From an uncultured Gemmatimonadales bacterium (GTDB lineage: Bacteria; Gemmatimonadota; Gemmatimonadetes; Gemmatimonadales; GWC2-71-9), in assembly GCA_963779755.1 (NCBI GenBank), contig CAVZZO010000001.1:1280001-1344000 (forward strand): a stretch of DNA of 64,000 nucleotides. Reading direction: 5' to 3'. How positions within the stretch are numbered: position 1 is the first letter of the stretch; every line of letters starts with the position of its first letter. A program made the translations under genes and the position numbers. The notes under the pieces were generated by a model. The model saw nothing but the letters and a program-made list of their open reading frames with translations, searched no databases and was not told the origin of the DNA. Positions 26,704 to 36,842 of this stretch are shown here, piece after piece.

Positions 26704-28598
26704 GCTCCGTGAAGCGGCAGGGTCGCGAGGAAGGACGCTCCGCCCTCGACCGCCGGCTCGTAGCTCAGCCGCCCGCCGTGTGACTGGACGATCCCGTAGC
26801 TGATCGAGAGTCCCAGGCCGGTGCCGCTGCCCGGCTCCTTGGTGGTAAAGAACGGCGTGAAGATCTGCGGCAGCAGGTTGGACGGAATGCCGGGGCCGTT
26901 GTCGCTGACGCAGAATTCGGCCTGATCCGGTTCGCGGCGGCGTGAGACCACGGTGATGCGGCGCGGATGGTGCTCGGCCTGGTCGGATACCGCCTGCAGC
27001 GCATTGGTGAGCAGGTTGAGGAGCACCTGCTGCAGCTCGTAGCGGTCGCCCCGCACGACGATCGGTCCGGGAGCCAGCGTCAGGGTCAGCGTAATCTCCC
27101 GCTGCCGCACCTCGTACTCGATGAGCCGCGCCGTCTGGACGATGAGGTCGTTCAGGTCCACCGGCTCCATGGCGTGGCCGCCCTTGCGCGCGAACGCCAG
27201 CAGGTCCCGCACGATACGCCCGGCCCGCTCCGCCTGCTGGTGGATCACCTGCAGGTGCTCCCGCGGCACGGCCCCCGCTCCCTGTTCCAGCAGAAACTCC
27301 GCCAGGCCGGCGATCGAGGTGAGGGGGTTGTTGAGCTCGTGCGCGACGCCGGACACCAGCTGCCCCACCGCCGCCAGTTTCTCGCTCTGGATCAGCTGCG
27401 TCTCCAGCGTACGCTGTTCGGTCACGTCTTCCACCAGCAGCACCACCGGACGCCGGGGCCCGCTCTCCTGCGGGAAGGGTTCGGCGGTGAGGCGGAGCAC
27501 CCGGCCCGGGGATTCCAGCCGGGTCAGGACCGGCCCGGGGTGCTCCCCCCGGCGCGCCGCGGCGATGACCGAGCGGGCGGCCTCGCTCCGGCCGGCGGCG
27601 GTCTCCAGCAGCAGGCGTCCGACCAGGGCCGGCCTGGGGATCTCGAGCAGGCGGCCCAGGGCCTGATTGGCCCGGCTGATCCGTCCGTCCGGCCCTACCA
27701 CCGCGATTCCCTCCGCCAGGGCCTCGAACGTGGTCTCCCATTCCTCCTTGCTCCGCCGGATCAGGTCAAAAAACCGGCTGTTGGCGAGCACTACCGCGGC
27801 ATGGGCCGCGACCGTGGCGAGCAGCTGGAGATTGCCGGGTGACGGTGCGTGGCCGCCGGCCACCACCAGCGCGCCCAGGGTAATGCCGTGCGCCCGCAGG
27901 GGAACCGCGGCGGCAAAGGGAACGGAGAGGCCGTCGAGCCGGGGAGCGCTCTGTCCCTGGCCCTCCACTGCCCAGGTCTCGCCGCAGAGCGCGCGCTGCA
28001 ACAGCGCCGTGGCGTCGTCGGACACCGGCTGGCCCGCCAGGGGGCTCAGCACCCCTTCGGCGGCCGCCACGCGGGCGGGCATGCCGCTCTCGGCGCTCAG
28101 CACCACGGCGGCGCCCTCCACCTGCAGGAAACGGCGGGTGTAGCGGACCACCTGATCGACGATGTGATCGGGCTGCAACGCGCCGGAGAGCACCAGGCTC
28201 AGCTCCTCCAGCGTCGCAAGCTCGTCGCTGCGGCGCTCGAGGGCGCGCCCCAGTTCGTCCGCCACCCGGCGCGACGCCGCGAGGTCCTCCCGCAGGGCGA
28301 CACCCTCCCGCGCGATCGCGGCCAGCAGCGCCAGCGAGGCGGCGGCCGCCAGGAGGGCGACCGGTCCGCGGCCGAACCAGGCGAGAACCGCCACGGCAGG
28401 TGCGGCGGAGGCGAGTATCCAGGGGGCCAGCCGGGGCCGGAAGTCGTACAGCAGGAGAGCCAGGAGCCCATAGGCCGTCAGGCTCCAGGCAGCGACGGGG
28501 GGTAACCCGCCCAGGGCGGCCGCCAGCACGCCGGCCACGGCGCAGACAGCGGGGGGCAGCGCGCACAGCAGCGTGCGCCACCGGGTGCGTTCGCTCAG
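26676..28598 (-). CDS. Membrane sensor histidine kinase (TM-GAF-PAS-HisKA-HATPase, NtrB-like)
   Basis: [52 protein letters not shown]. Probable CTG start at 28598; the ORF track uses GTG at 28538. Confidence 0.9.
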   Translation of the reverse strand: MSERTRWRTLLCALPPAVCAVAGVLAAALGGLPPVAAWSLTAYGLLALLLYDFRPRLAPWILASAAPAVAVLAWFGRGPVALLAAAASLALLAAIAREGVALREDLAASRRVADELGRALERRSDELATLEELSLVLSGALQPDHIVDQVVRYTRRFLQVEGAAVVLSAESGMPARVAAAEGVLSPLAGQPVSDDATALLQRALCGETWAVEGQGQSAPRLDGLSVPFAAAVPLRAHGITLGALVVAGGHAPSPGNLQLLATVAAHAAVVLANSRFFDLIRRSKEEWETTFEALAEGIAVVGPDGRISRANQALGRLLEIPRPALVGRLLLETAAGRSEAARSVIAAARRGEHPGPVLTRLESPGRVLRLTAEPFPQESGPRRPVVLLVEDVTEQRTLETQLIQSEKLAAVGQLVSGVAHELNNPLTSIAGLAEFLLEQGAGAVPREHLQVIHQQAERAGRIVRDLLAFARKGGHAMEPVDLNDLIVQTARLIEYEVRQREITLTLTLAPGPIVVRGDRYELQQVLLNLLTNALQAVSDQAEHHPRRITVVSRRREPDQAEFCVSDNGPGIPSNLLPQIFTPFFTTKEPGSGTGLGLSISYGIVQSHGGRLSYEPAVEGGASFLATLPLHGAGQGTGDRG

Positions 28599-29440
28599 CT
28601 GTGGTCGTCCTCCCGCTTGGCGACGCGTTCGGTGGAGTAGGCCGAGGGGGGCGCATTGGGCTTGACCCGCACCGACTTGGCGGGAATGCCCACGTTCACG
28701 TGGAAGGGGCGGACGTCCTTGGTGGCGACCGCCCCGGCGCCGACCATGGCGTCGTGCCGCACCCGCACGCCGGCCAGGACGGTGGCGTGGTAGGTAATCC
28801 GCACGTCATCCTCCAGCAGGGTCCGTGCATTGGTAACGTCCTGCTGGTCCACGATGCTGTGGGTATGGCTGTAGATGTTGGCGTAGTCGGCGATGCTCAC
28901 CCGGTTGCCCAGGGTGATGCCCCCCCGGTCGTCCAGCAGGACGTGGCGGTGTATCACCACGTCGTCCCCCACCTCCAGGTTGTAGCCGAAGGAGACTTCC
29001 ACGAACTGGAAGCATTTGAAGTTGCGGCCGCAGCGGGCAAAGATGAACGGCGCCAGCATCCGGCGGAAGCGGACGCCCAGGTGCACGTTCTGGCCGCCCG
29101 CGGGCGAGCGATCGAAGCTGTACCAGAGCCACAGAAGCGGCTTGACTCTGGCGAACCGCGCGGCGTCGACGTCCGCGTAGTACTCCGGCTCCAGCGTGAT
29201 GTTCCGCGGGTCGAGCGTAAGCAGGCTGGCGCGGCTGCCGGGGGGAAGGTCCGGATCGGCCAGCAGCGCATCGTAGCCCCGCTGGCCGGGGTAATACAGC
29301 TCGAAGAGCACATCCCGCGCGACCCGGGACCAGTCGGCGCCCCGGGCGCCCAGCCGCTCCCGGATTCCGCCGAGCCACTGATCATAGAACTTTTCCGACG
29401 ACTCCGACGGCGAGATCTGCCGCAGGGGCAGGATGGCCAT
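28595..29440 (-). CDS. Hexapeptide-repeat (left-handed beta-helix) acyltransferase
   Basis: [42 protein letters not shown]. Confidence 0.88.
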   Translation of the reverse strand: MAILPLRQISPSESSEKFYDQWLGGIRERLGARGADWSRVARDVLFELYYPGQRGYDALLADPDLPPGSRASLLTLDPRNITLEPEYYADVDAARFARVKPLLWLWYSFDRSPAGGQNVHLGVRFRRMLAPFIFARCGRNFKCFQFVEVSFGYNLEVGDDVVIHRHVLLDDRGGITLGNRVSIADYANIYSHTHSIVDQQDVTNARTLLEDDVRITYHATVLAGVRVRHDAMVGAGAVATKDVRPFHVNVGIPAKSVRVKPNAPPSAYSTERVAKREDDHS

Positions 29441-29465
29441 GCTGCCTCCAGGCTGCGAAGAAGGG

Positions 29466-30122
29466 CTAGCGCCCGCTGTCGCTGTCCGCGCGGGTCCGGG
29501 CGGAATCGCGCCGGGCCCGGCCCATGACCCGGGCGCGCTCCTGCTGCAGCCGGTTCAGGTGGTCATCCCAGCTGTCGGAACCCTGCGCGCCATAGGTGAC
29601 CCCGAACGATTCAAAGACCGGGATCCGTTCTTCGTAGATGTAGATCGCGCTGGCGCGACCCCGCACCTCGAGCTGTTGGGCGCTGAAGTTACCCGAATAG
29701 GGAATGACGCCCACCGGCCGCAGCAGCTGGTTGTGGACGTTGAGGTAGAGGTTGCTCGGATCGTACTGCACGTGCGGCTTGCGGCCGAAGAACGACACCA
29801 GCATGAGCCCGGGATCGCTCACGCCATTCCGGCTGTCCACCGAGTCGATCTGGTCCTGGCGGCTCTGCACCACCTGATGCAGCGACTGGTAGGCATCGGG
29901 GGCGAGCAGCCGGATGACCCGCTCGTCCAGGGGCAAAGCCCGGATCTCCAGATCGTTCATGACGATGCTGAGGGCGATCTGGTCCTGGTTCAGGGTGCCA
30001 TAGCCGACCGGCGGGAGATCGGCGGCCGTTTCGGCGGCGCCGGCGTCTCCCTGCTGCGCGCGAGCGGCGGGGGCGCAGGCGCCGAGCAGGGCCAGGGCCG
30101 CCAGGGCAATCCGGGATCTCAT
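29466..30122 (-). CDS. Hypothetical exported protein/lipoprotein
   Basis: [24 protein letters not shown] upstream. Confidence 0.75.
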   Translation of the reverse strand: MRSRIALAALALLGACAPAARAQQGDAGAAETAADLPPVGYGTLNQDQIALSIVMNDLEIRALPLDERVIRLLAPDAYQSLHQVVQSRQDQIDSVDSRNGVSDPGLMLVSFFGRKPHVQYDPSNLYLNVHNQLLRPVGVIPYSGNFSAQQLEVRGRASAIYIYEERIPVFESFGVTYGAQGSDSWDDHLNRLQQERARVMGRARRDSARTRADSDSGR

Positions 30123-30152
30123 AGGTCTCCTCGTGCTGACGGTCGGCCGGCC

Positions 30153-30749
30153 TCAGTGCGGCACGGCTGCCAGGATGCTGGCGCCCAGATCGGCGATGCC
30201 GAGTCCCGTGGTGCTGCTGGTGAGCTGGACCTGATCGCTCCCCAGTCCCAGGGACGAACGGATCGCGCTCTCCCGCGCCCGGCGGGCGCCGAACGCCAGT
30301 TTATCCGCCTTGGTCAGCGCCGCCAGCACCGGCACCTCGCGTCCGCTCAGCGCCTCCAGGTATGTCAGATCGTCGTCGGAAGGGTCCCGGCGGATGTCCA
30401 GCAGCCAGACCACGCCGGCCAGCCGTTGCCGCTTCTGAATATACCTGTGGAGGAGATTCTGCAGCGCCGCCCGGGTGGATTTGTCTGCCTTGGCATAGCC
30501 GTAGCCGGGGAGATCTACCAGGTAGAACCCGGGCAGCCGGAAGACGTTCAGCGCGCGGGTCTTGCCGGGGGTGCCGCTGACCCGCGCCAGGCCCCGGCGG
30601 CCGGTGAGGGCGTTGAGCAGGCTCGATTTGCCGACGTTGGAGCGTCCCAGGAAGGCGATCTCGGGCAGCGGTGGCGCCAGCGCGTGGGCCGGGTCGGGGA
30701 AGCTGCCGATAAACTCGATCGGCAGTTTTTCGAGGGGAGAGGTCGTCAA
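30153..30749 (-). CDS. engB: Ribosome biogenesis GTPase YihA/YsxC
   Basis: [27 protein letters not shown]; downstream of clpX. Confidence 0.95.
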   Translation of the reverse strand: MTTSPLEKLPIEFIGSFPDPAHALAPPLPEIAFLGRSNVGKSSLLNALTGRRGLARVSGTPGKTRALNVFRLPGFYLVDLPGYGYAKADKSTRAALQNLLHRYIQKRQRLAGVVWLLDIRRDPSDDDLTYLEALSGREVPVLAALTKADKLAFGARRARESAIRSSLGLGSDQVQLTSSTTGLGIADLGASILAAVPH

Positions 30750-30832
30750 GGAACCGGAGGACCGGGGACTGAGAGGACTGAGAAGGCGGTCCCATCCCTG
30801 ATTGACAGGACCGCCTCCACTATTAGCATCGC

Positions 30833-30880
30833 TTGCCGCCTTGCCGCCTTGCCGCCTTGCCGCCTTGCCGCCTTGCCGCC
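30833..30880. repeat. Perfect octamer tandem repeat (TTGCCGCC)x6 starting at the clpX stop
   Basis: Minus strand TAA-ggcggcaa x6, followed by hairpin ggaggcggtcc...ggaccgccttc (30783-30818). Confidence 0.95.
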
Positions 30881-32128
<1,248 letters not shown>

Positions 32129-32205
32129 ACGGGATCGCCGGCGCTAAGGGTGTTGCAGGAGGGCCACACTAATACTCGCCCCCCGGGGCTGGAGCGTCAA
32201 GAGCC

Positions 32206-32823
32206 TCACTTTGCGGCCTCCACTGCCTGGCTGATCTTCGCGATGACGTGGTCCACCAGGCCGTAGGCCTGGGCTTCCTCCGCGCTCATGAAGCGGTCGC
32301 GGTCCATGTCGCGTTCGATGGTCTCGATGGGCTGGCCGGTGTGCTTGCTGTACAGCTCATTCATCTTGTTCCGCAGGTAGAGAATCTCCCGCGCCTGGAT
32401 TTCGATGTCGGCCGCGGTGCCCTGCGCGCCGCCCGAGGGCTGGTGGATCATGATGCGGGAGTGGGGCAGGGCACTGCGCTTGCCGGGGTGCCCCGCCGAC
32501 AGCAGGAAGGAGCCCATCGAGGCTGCCATCCCCATGCAGATGGTATTCACCGGTGCCCGCAGGAACTGCATGGTATCGTAGATCGCCATGCCGCTGGAGA
32601 TGACGCCGCCCGGGGAGTTGATGTACAGGTAGATGTCCCGCTCGGGGTTGTCGGCGTCGAGGAACAGCAGCTGCGCGATGATGACGTTGGCCACGTCATC
32701 GTTGATGGGGGAGCCGAGGAAGACGATCCGGTCCATCAGCAGGCGGGAGAAAATGTCGTACGTCCGCTCGCCGCGGCTGGATCGCTCGATGATATACGGG
32801 GGAAACAGCGAAGTCGGGATCAC
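32206..32823 (-). CDS. clpP: ATP-dependent Clp protease proteolytic subunit
   Basis: [35 protein letters not shown]. Confidence 0.97.
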   Translation of the reverse strand: MIPTSLFPPYIIERSSRGERTYDIFSRLLMDRIVFLGSPINDDVANVIIAQLLFLDADNPERDIYLYINSPGGVISSGMAIYDTMQFLRAPVNTICMGMAASMGSFLLSAGHPGKRSALPHSRIMIHQPSGGAQGTAADIEIQAREILYLRNKMNELYSKHTGQPIETIERDMDRDRFMSAEEAQAYGLVDHVIAKISQAVEAAK

Positions 32824-34085
32824 GCGCTACCCTCTGCGATAGTGGACTGCGACAACAGGAAATTAAACGCCTTTTCCTCGGCGATCGACCGCTCCAACTC
32901 CGCCAGCCGGTTGTTCTTCTGGAGCGACGCATAGAGCGGGCCCGTTTCCACCCCGCGGGCCGCGGCCATCCGGGCCACCCGCTCGTCGATCTCCTCTTCG
33001 GTGGCCGCGAGCTTTTCCTTTTCCAGCACGGCGTTCAGGATCATGTCGCGCCGCACCTGCGACTCGGCCACCGGCTGGAACTCGCCCGCGAACCGCTCCA
33101 GCTGTTCGTCCGGAATGCCGTACGCCTGGGCATAGCCCCGGATGGTGCGCTCCACCAGGGAGGGCGGGGCCGTGATGTTGTTGGCGGCGGCGATCTGCTC
33201 CAGCAGCTCCGAGCGCATCCGGTTGTCGGCTTCCCGCTCGCTCTCGGCATCGAGGTCTTCCCGGACCGCGGCCTTCAGGGCGTCGAGGTTCTCGAAGTCG
33301 CCTACCTCGCGGGCCAGGTCGTCGTCCAGGGCCGGGAGCTCCTGGTTCTTGACCTCCAGGAGGTGGATCCGCACCTTCCGGGCCTCCGCCGGCTGGGCCG
33401 CGATCGGCCTCGGCGGCCTGGCGGCTTGACGTCGGTCTCGGCCGACTCGCCCGGGGACGAGCTGCATGATCTTCTCTTCGATTTCCGGCAGCGTCTGTCC
33501 CGAGCCCAGCACCACGGTGTAGGGCCGGGGCTCGCCGAACTCGCTGCCCGCCCCGTCGGTGGCGGTGGCCACCTCGATCTGGACCATCTGGCCCGGCGCG
33601 GGCTTCTGGCCGCTTACCGGGGTCCAGCGGGCTTTCTGTTCCTGCAGCTGGCGCAGCTGCTCCGCCACCTGCTCGTCGCTCACCGGCTTGACCTCCCGCG
33701 CCAGCTTGAAGCCCCCCACCCGCTCCAGGGCGATCCGGGGCTGCACCTCCACGTGCAGCTCGAACTCCACCGGGCCCCCCTCGTCGAACTTGAGGTTGTG
33801 GATGTGGGGCTGGGCAACGGGCTTCAGATCGTGACTGGTGCGGGCCGTTTCCCAGCTCTCCCGGACCAGCTCCTCCAGCACGTTCTGGCGGATGGCCTCG
33901 CCGAAGCGCTTGCGGATGACCTGCTCCGGCGCCTTACCGGGCCGGAAGCCCGGCAGGCGGGCCCGGCGGGCGTAGTAGCGCACGGCCTTGTCCTCGGCGG
34001 CCTTGACCCGGTCGGCGGGGACGGTGACCTGCAGGCTGGTAGACGCGGCGTCTTCGCGGGTCTTTTCGATAGATATGTCACTCAT
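32820..34085 (-). CDS. tig: Trigger factor (contains a short apparently frameshifted patch)
   Basis: [10 protein letters not shown] ribosome-binding motif; LPALDDDLA; tig-clpP-clpX order. Confidence 0.93.
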   Translation of the reverse strand: MSDISIEKTREDAASTSLQVTVPADRVKAAEDKAVRYYARRARLPGFRPGKAPEQVIRKRFGEAIRQNVLEELVRESWETARTSHDLKPVAQPHIHNLKFDEGGPVEFELHVEVQPRIALERVGGFKLAREVKPVSDEQVAEQLRQLQEQKARWTPVSGQKPAPGQMVQIEVATATDGAGSEFGEPRPYTVVLGSGQTLPEIEEKIMQLVPGRVGRDRRQAARPPRPIAAQPAEARKVRIHLLEVKNQELPALDDDLAREVGDFENLDALKAAVREDLDAESEREADNRMRSELLEQIAAANNITAPPSLVERTIRGYAQAYGIPDEQLERFAGEFQPVAESQVRRDMILNAVLEKEKLAATEEEIDERVARMAAARGVETGPLYASLQKNNRLAELERSIAEEKAFNFLLSQSTIAEGSA

Positions 34086-34186
34086 CGGGGGGAAATGTAC
34101 CCGCCCGGAGGAGTGGGGGTCAACGAAGCGGCCCGCCGGCCGGCGATGTTAGCCGAATCTCCCGGTGCTCCCTATACTTAGGCGCC

Positions 34187-34558
34187 ATGGCAACGGTCCT
34201 CGTGGTGGACGACGAAAGCTCGGTCCGGCGCGCCCTGCGGAAACTGCTGGAGCGCGCCGGGCTGGAGGTGCGCGAGGCCGGCACCGCCCAGGAGGCGCTG
34301 GATCTGGTCGCCGGCGGCGAAGGGGTGGACGTGGTGGTGAGCGATGTGCTCATGCCTGGCATGAACGGGCTCGCGTTCTACGACCGGCTGGTAGCCCTGG
34401 CACCGGGGCTGGGCAAGCGCGTCATCTTTCTCACCGGCGCCGCCCACCAGCCCGACGTGCACGGGCCCATCGAAGAGCGCGGCGTGCCCCTGCTCTCCAA
34501 GGTCGACGACCTGATGCTGGTGGTGGATGCGGTGAAGGTGGCGCTGTTAAGGCGGTAA
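34187..34558 (+). CDS. Single-domain response regulator
   Basis: VLVVDDE, VVSDVLMPGMNG, FLTG, LSK. Confidence 0.88.
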   Translation: MATVLVVDDESSVRRALRKLLERAGLEVREAGTAQEALDLVAGGEGVDVVVSDVLMPGMNGLAFYDRLVALAPGLGKRVIFLTGAAHQPDVHGPIEERGVPLLSKVDDLMLVVDAVKVALLRR

Positions 34559-34708
34559 GGGCGGTAAGGGCGGTAGGGGCGGTACGTTGCTCCTGGCGCA
34601 ACCTGAATCTATGCTGCCGTACCGCCGTACCGCCGTACCGCCGTACCGCCGTACCGCCGTACCGCCGTACCGCGCCGCGTACCGCGTACGCCGTACCGCC
34701 GTACCGCC
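34548..34708. repeat. Inverted pair of tracts (GGCGGTAAG / octamer CCGTACCG x~10) between convergent genes
   Basis: Left arm 34548-34585 contains the response regulator stop; right arm 34616-34708 abuts the CDGSH stop. Confidence 0.93.
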
Positions 34709-34711
34709 CTT

Positions 34712-35185
34712 CTACCCCCGGAACCTCACCGTATTATGGGTTCCGTCGCAGAACGGCTTGTCGCCGGAGGCGCCGCAGCGGCAGAGCGCGACCGATTGCC
34801 GGCCGCAGAGATCCCACGCCTCCCCGAATTCGTCTACCAACTGGAAATCACCCTCGATCCGATAGGCACCGTTGGCGTTGACCACGATGCAGCACCTGCC
34901 GTCCTGCCGTCTGGCCGCCCTGCCGTCCCCTCCGGGATCAGAAGGCATGGAGTGGGGGCTGAGCGTAGGCCGAATCTCCGCCTTCGCTTCATGGCGGAAC
35001 CGGCACCGCCCATGGCTCGCATCGCAGAACGGCTTCCGCTCCGACTGCCCGCAACGGCAGAGCGCGGCGCGATCGGGCCGGTCGGGACGGGACAGGGGGA
35101 TGGGGTCGCCCAGGGGATCCACGATGGTGAAATCTCCCTGCAGGCGCAGGGGGCCGTGAGCGGTAACGGTGACGCGTGCGGGCAT
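34712..35185 (-). CDS. Tandem CDGSH iron-sulfur (2Fe-2S) domain protein
   Basis: LCRCGQSERKPFCDASH and LCRCGASGDKPFCDGTH. Confidence 0.88.
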   Translation of the reverse strand: MPARVTVTAHGPLRLQGDFTIVDPLGDPIPLSRPDRPDRAALCRCGQSERKPFCDASHGRCRFRHEAKAEIRPTLSPHSMPSDPGGDGRAARRQDGRCCIVVNANGAYRIEGDFQLVDEFGEAWDLCGRQSVALCRCGASGDKPFCDGTHNTVRFRG

Positions 35186-35189
35186 GGGA

Positions 35190-35277
35190 CGGTGAGCGGT
35201 AAGCGGTGAGCGGTAAGCGGGATTGGAAGGCGGCCCCGGGAGTGCCCGTTCACCGCTCACTGCTCACCGCTCACTGC
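35190..35277. repeat. Inverted pair of GCGGTRA heptamer tracts with a 25-bp spacer
   Basis: cggtgagcggtaagcggtgagcggtaagcgg ... ccgttcaccgctcactgctcaccgctcactgc. Confidence 0.92.
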
Positions 35278-35283
35278 AGTCGA

Positions 35284-35365
35284 TGCGAACGCCGGGAGTC
35301 GAACCCGGATGGGTTACCCCACAGGATCCTAAGTCCTGCGCGTCTGCCAGTTCCGCCACGTTCGC
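35284..35365 (-). tRNA. tRNA-Leu (anticodon TAG); CCA not encoded
   Basis: GCGAACG acceptor stem pairs with CGTTCGC-A; D-loop GGAACTGGCAGAC; anticodon arm CAGGA-CTTAGGA-TCCTG; long variable arm; GGTTCGACTCC. Confidence 0.96.
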
Positions 35366-35441
35366 GCGAGTGGGGACAATATATCCCAACCTGAGCCTGT
35401 TGCCCCGGCGGCTGGCGCGGGGCTTGGTGACGATTGCCGAG

Positions 35442-35528
35442 GCGTGTTGTCACGCTGAGCGCGGCGAAGCGGCCGGAGCCATTCGATCGGCTTCGGCCCC
35501 TTCGCTAGCGCTCAGGGTGACAGCACGC
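35442..35528. repeat. 87-bp imperfect palindrome (REP-like, GTCA..CTGAGCG..GCGAAG / CTTCGC..CGCTCAG..TGAC)
   Basis: gcgtgttgtcacgctgagcgcggcgaagcggccggagcc...ggcttcggccccttcgctagcgctcagggtgacagcacgc. Confidence 0.85.
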
Positions 35529-35565
35529 GACGTTCCGTCCTGCGACCGAGCGGCCTCCAATAGAG

Positions 35566-35628
35566 AGCCGCGAGGAAGTCCTTTAGGGCCGTCCTGCCGT
35601 CCTGCAAGCCGCGAGGAAGTCCTTTAGG
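35566..35628 (+). repeat. 22-bp perfect direct repeat, two copies (35566-35587, 35607-35628)
   Basis: AGCCGCGAGGAAGTCCTTTAGG twice, 41-bp period. Confidence 0.9.
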
Positions 35629-35640
35629 CCCGCCCTGCCC

Positions 35641-35674
35641 TTGACAGTTCCGCGAAAAATGTAAACGATTACAT
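35641..35674 (+). promoter_or_regulatory. Sigma70 -35 (TTGACA) with a LacI-type operator ATGTAAACGATTACAT over the -10 region
   Basis: Palindrome with central CG, typical of LacI-family sites, directly upstream of the LacI gene. Confidence 0.8.
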
Positions 35675-35730
35675 CACGAGCCGGTCACGACACGTTTCTC
35701 AATGCAACGTGAGGCGCCCCTCAGGGTTCC

Positions 35731-36777
35731 ATGGCTCCACGATCCCGGCAGAATCACACCCCCGCCGGACGCGGCAGGGTGGCGCCGCCCACGATCAAGC
35801 ACGTGGCGCGGGAAGCCCGCGTATCGGTGGCGACGGTTTCGCGGGTGATGAACAACAGCCCAAATGTCACCGACAAGACGCGGCGGCGGGTGTTAGACAT
35901 CGCCGGCCGGCTGGGCTACGTGCCCCATGGCGCCGCCCGCAGTCTCATCACCCGCCAGACCAATACCCTGGGCGTGCTGCTGCCCGATCTCTATGGCGAG
36001 TTCTTCTCCGAAGTCATCCGCGGCATCGACCAGGCGGCGCGCGCCCATGGCTATCACATCGTGGTTTCCGGGTTCCACGCCGACCGGGGCACCATCGAGG
36101 CCGTGCTCCGTTCCATGCGCGGCCGGGTGGACGGGCTCATCCTGATGGTGCCGGACATCCAGGTGGAGGCGCTGCCCGCCCTGGCCGACCGGTTCCCGCT
36201 GGTGCTGCTGAACGGCGCCGGCAGCAACGGCCGCTACGACTCCATTAACGTGGCCAACTACGAAGGCGCCTACGCCATGACCCAGCACCTGCTGGCGCGG
36301 GGGCACCGGCGCATCGCCGTCATCCGCGGCTCCGATCACAACTACGATGCCGCCGAGCGGCTGCGGGGCTATCAAGCGGCCCTGGCCGACGCCGGCCTCC
36401 GTCCGGAGCCGGCGCTGCAGGCGGCGGGCGATTTCACCGAGGAGTCGGGCTTTCAGGCGGTGCTTGAGTTGCTGCACCACCGGCCTCGGCCCACCGCCAT
36501 TTTCGCGTTCAACGATGCCATGGCTATCGGCGCCCTCAGCGCGCTGCGCGAGGCCGGTCTCGCCGTGCCGGAGCAGGTGGCCGTGGCCGGGTTCGACGAT
36601 ATTCCCATGGGCCGGTATCTCGAGCCGCCACTGACCTCGGTCCATGTAGATCTCAACGCACTGGGGGAGCTCGCGACCACGCGGCTCCTCACGGCCCTGC
36701 GTCAGCCGGGCCGGATGGATCACCGCCGCGAGGTGCTGCCCACCACCCTGGTGGTGCGGCGCTCCTGCGGCGGCTGA
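35731..36777 (+). CDS. LacI-family transcriptional regulator
   Basis: PTIKHVAREARVSVATVSRVMN HTH; ARSL hinge; NDAMAIG; GFDD; PPLTSV. Confidence 0.96.
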   Translation: MAPRSRQNHTPAGRGRVAPPTIKHVAREARVSVATVSRVMNNSPNVTDKTRRRVLDIAGRLGYVPHGAARSLITRQTNTLGVLLPDLYGEFFSEVIRGIDQAARAHGYHIVVSGFHADRGTIEAVLRSMRGRVDGLILMVPDIQVEALPALADRFPLVLLNGAGSNGRYDSINVANYEGAYAMTQHLLARGHRRIAVIRGSDHNYDAAERLRGYQAALADAGLRPEPALQAAGDFTEESGFQAVLELLHHRPRPTAIFAFNDAMAIGALSALREAGLAVPEQVAVAGFDDIPMGRYLEPPLTSVHVDLNALGELATTRLLTALRQPGRMDHRREVLPTTLVVRRSCGG

Positions 36778-36842
36778 CGAGGCGACGGACTCTGGCAACC
36801 AGTATCCCGAACGCCGAACTCACCACCCCCAGGAGAGGCTGT

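Noticed and set aside
32160..32205. Internal sigma70 promoter for clpX (TTGACG ... TATTAG)
   Set aside because: Spacing to the best -10 is about 20 nt; too weak to call.
34165..34881. ORFs with repeating peptides (RRTAVPPY; also PCRLAAL at 30833 and SPQSSVL at 8115)
   Set aside because: Translations of the tandem repeats in non-coding frames.
35566..35628. Possible mini-CRISPR (22-bp repeat, 19-bp spacer)
   Set aside because: Only two copies, the spacer is too short and repeat-like, and no cas genes are present.
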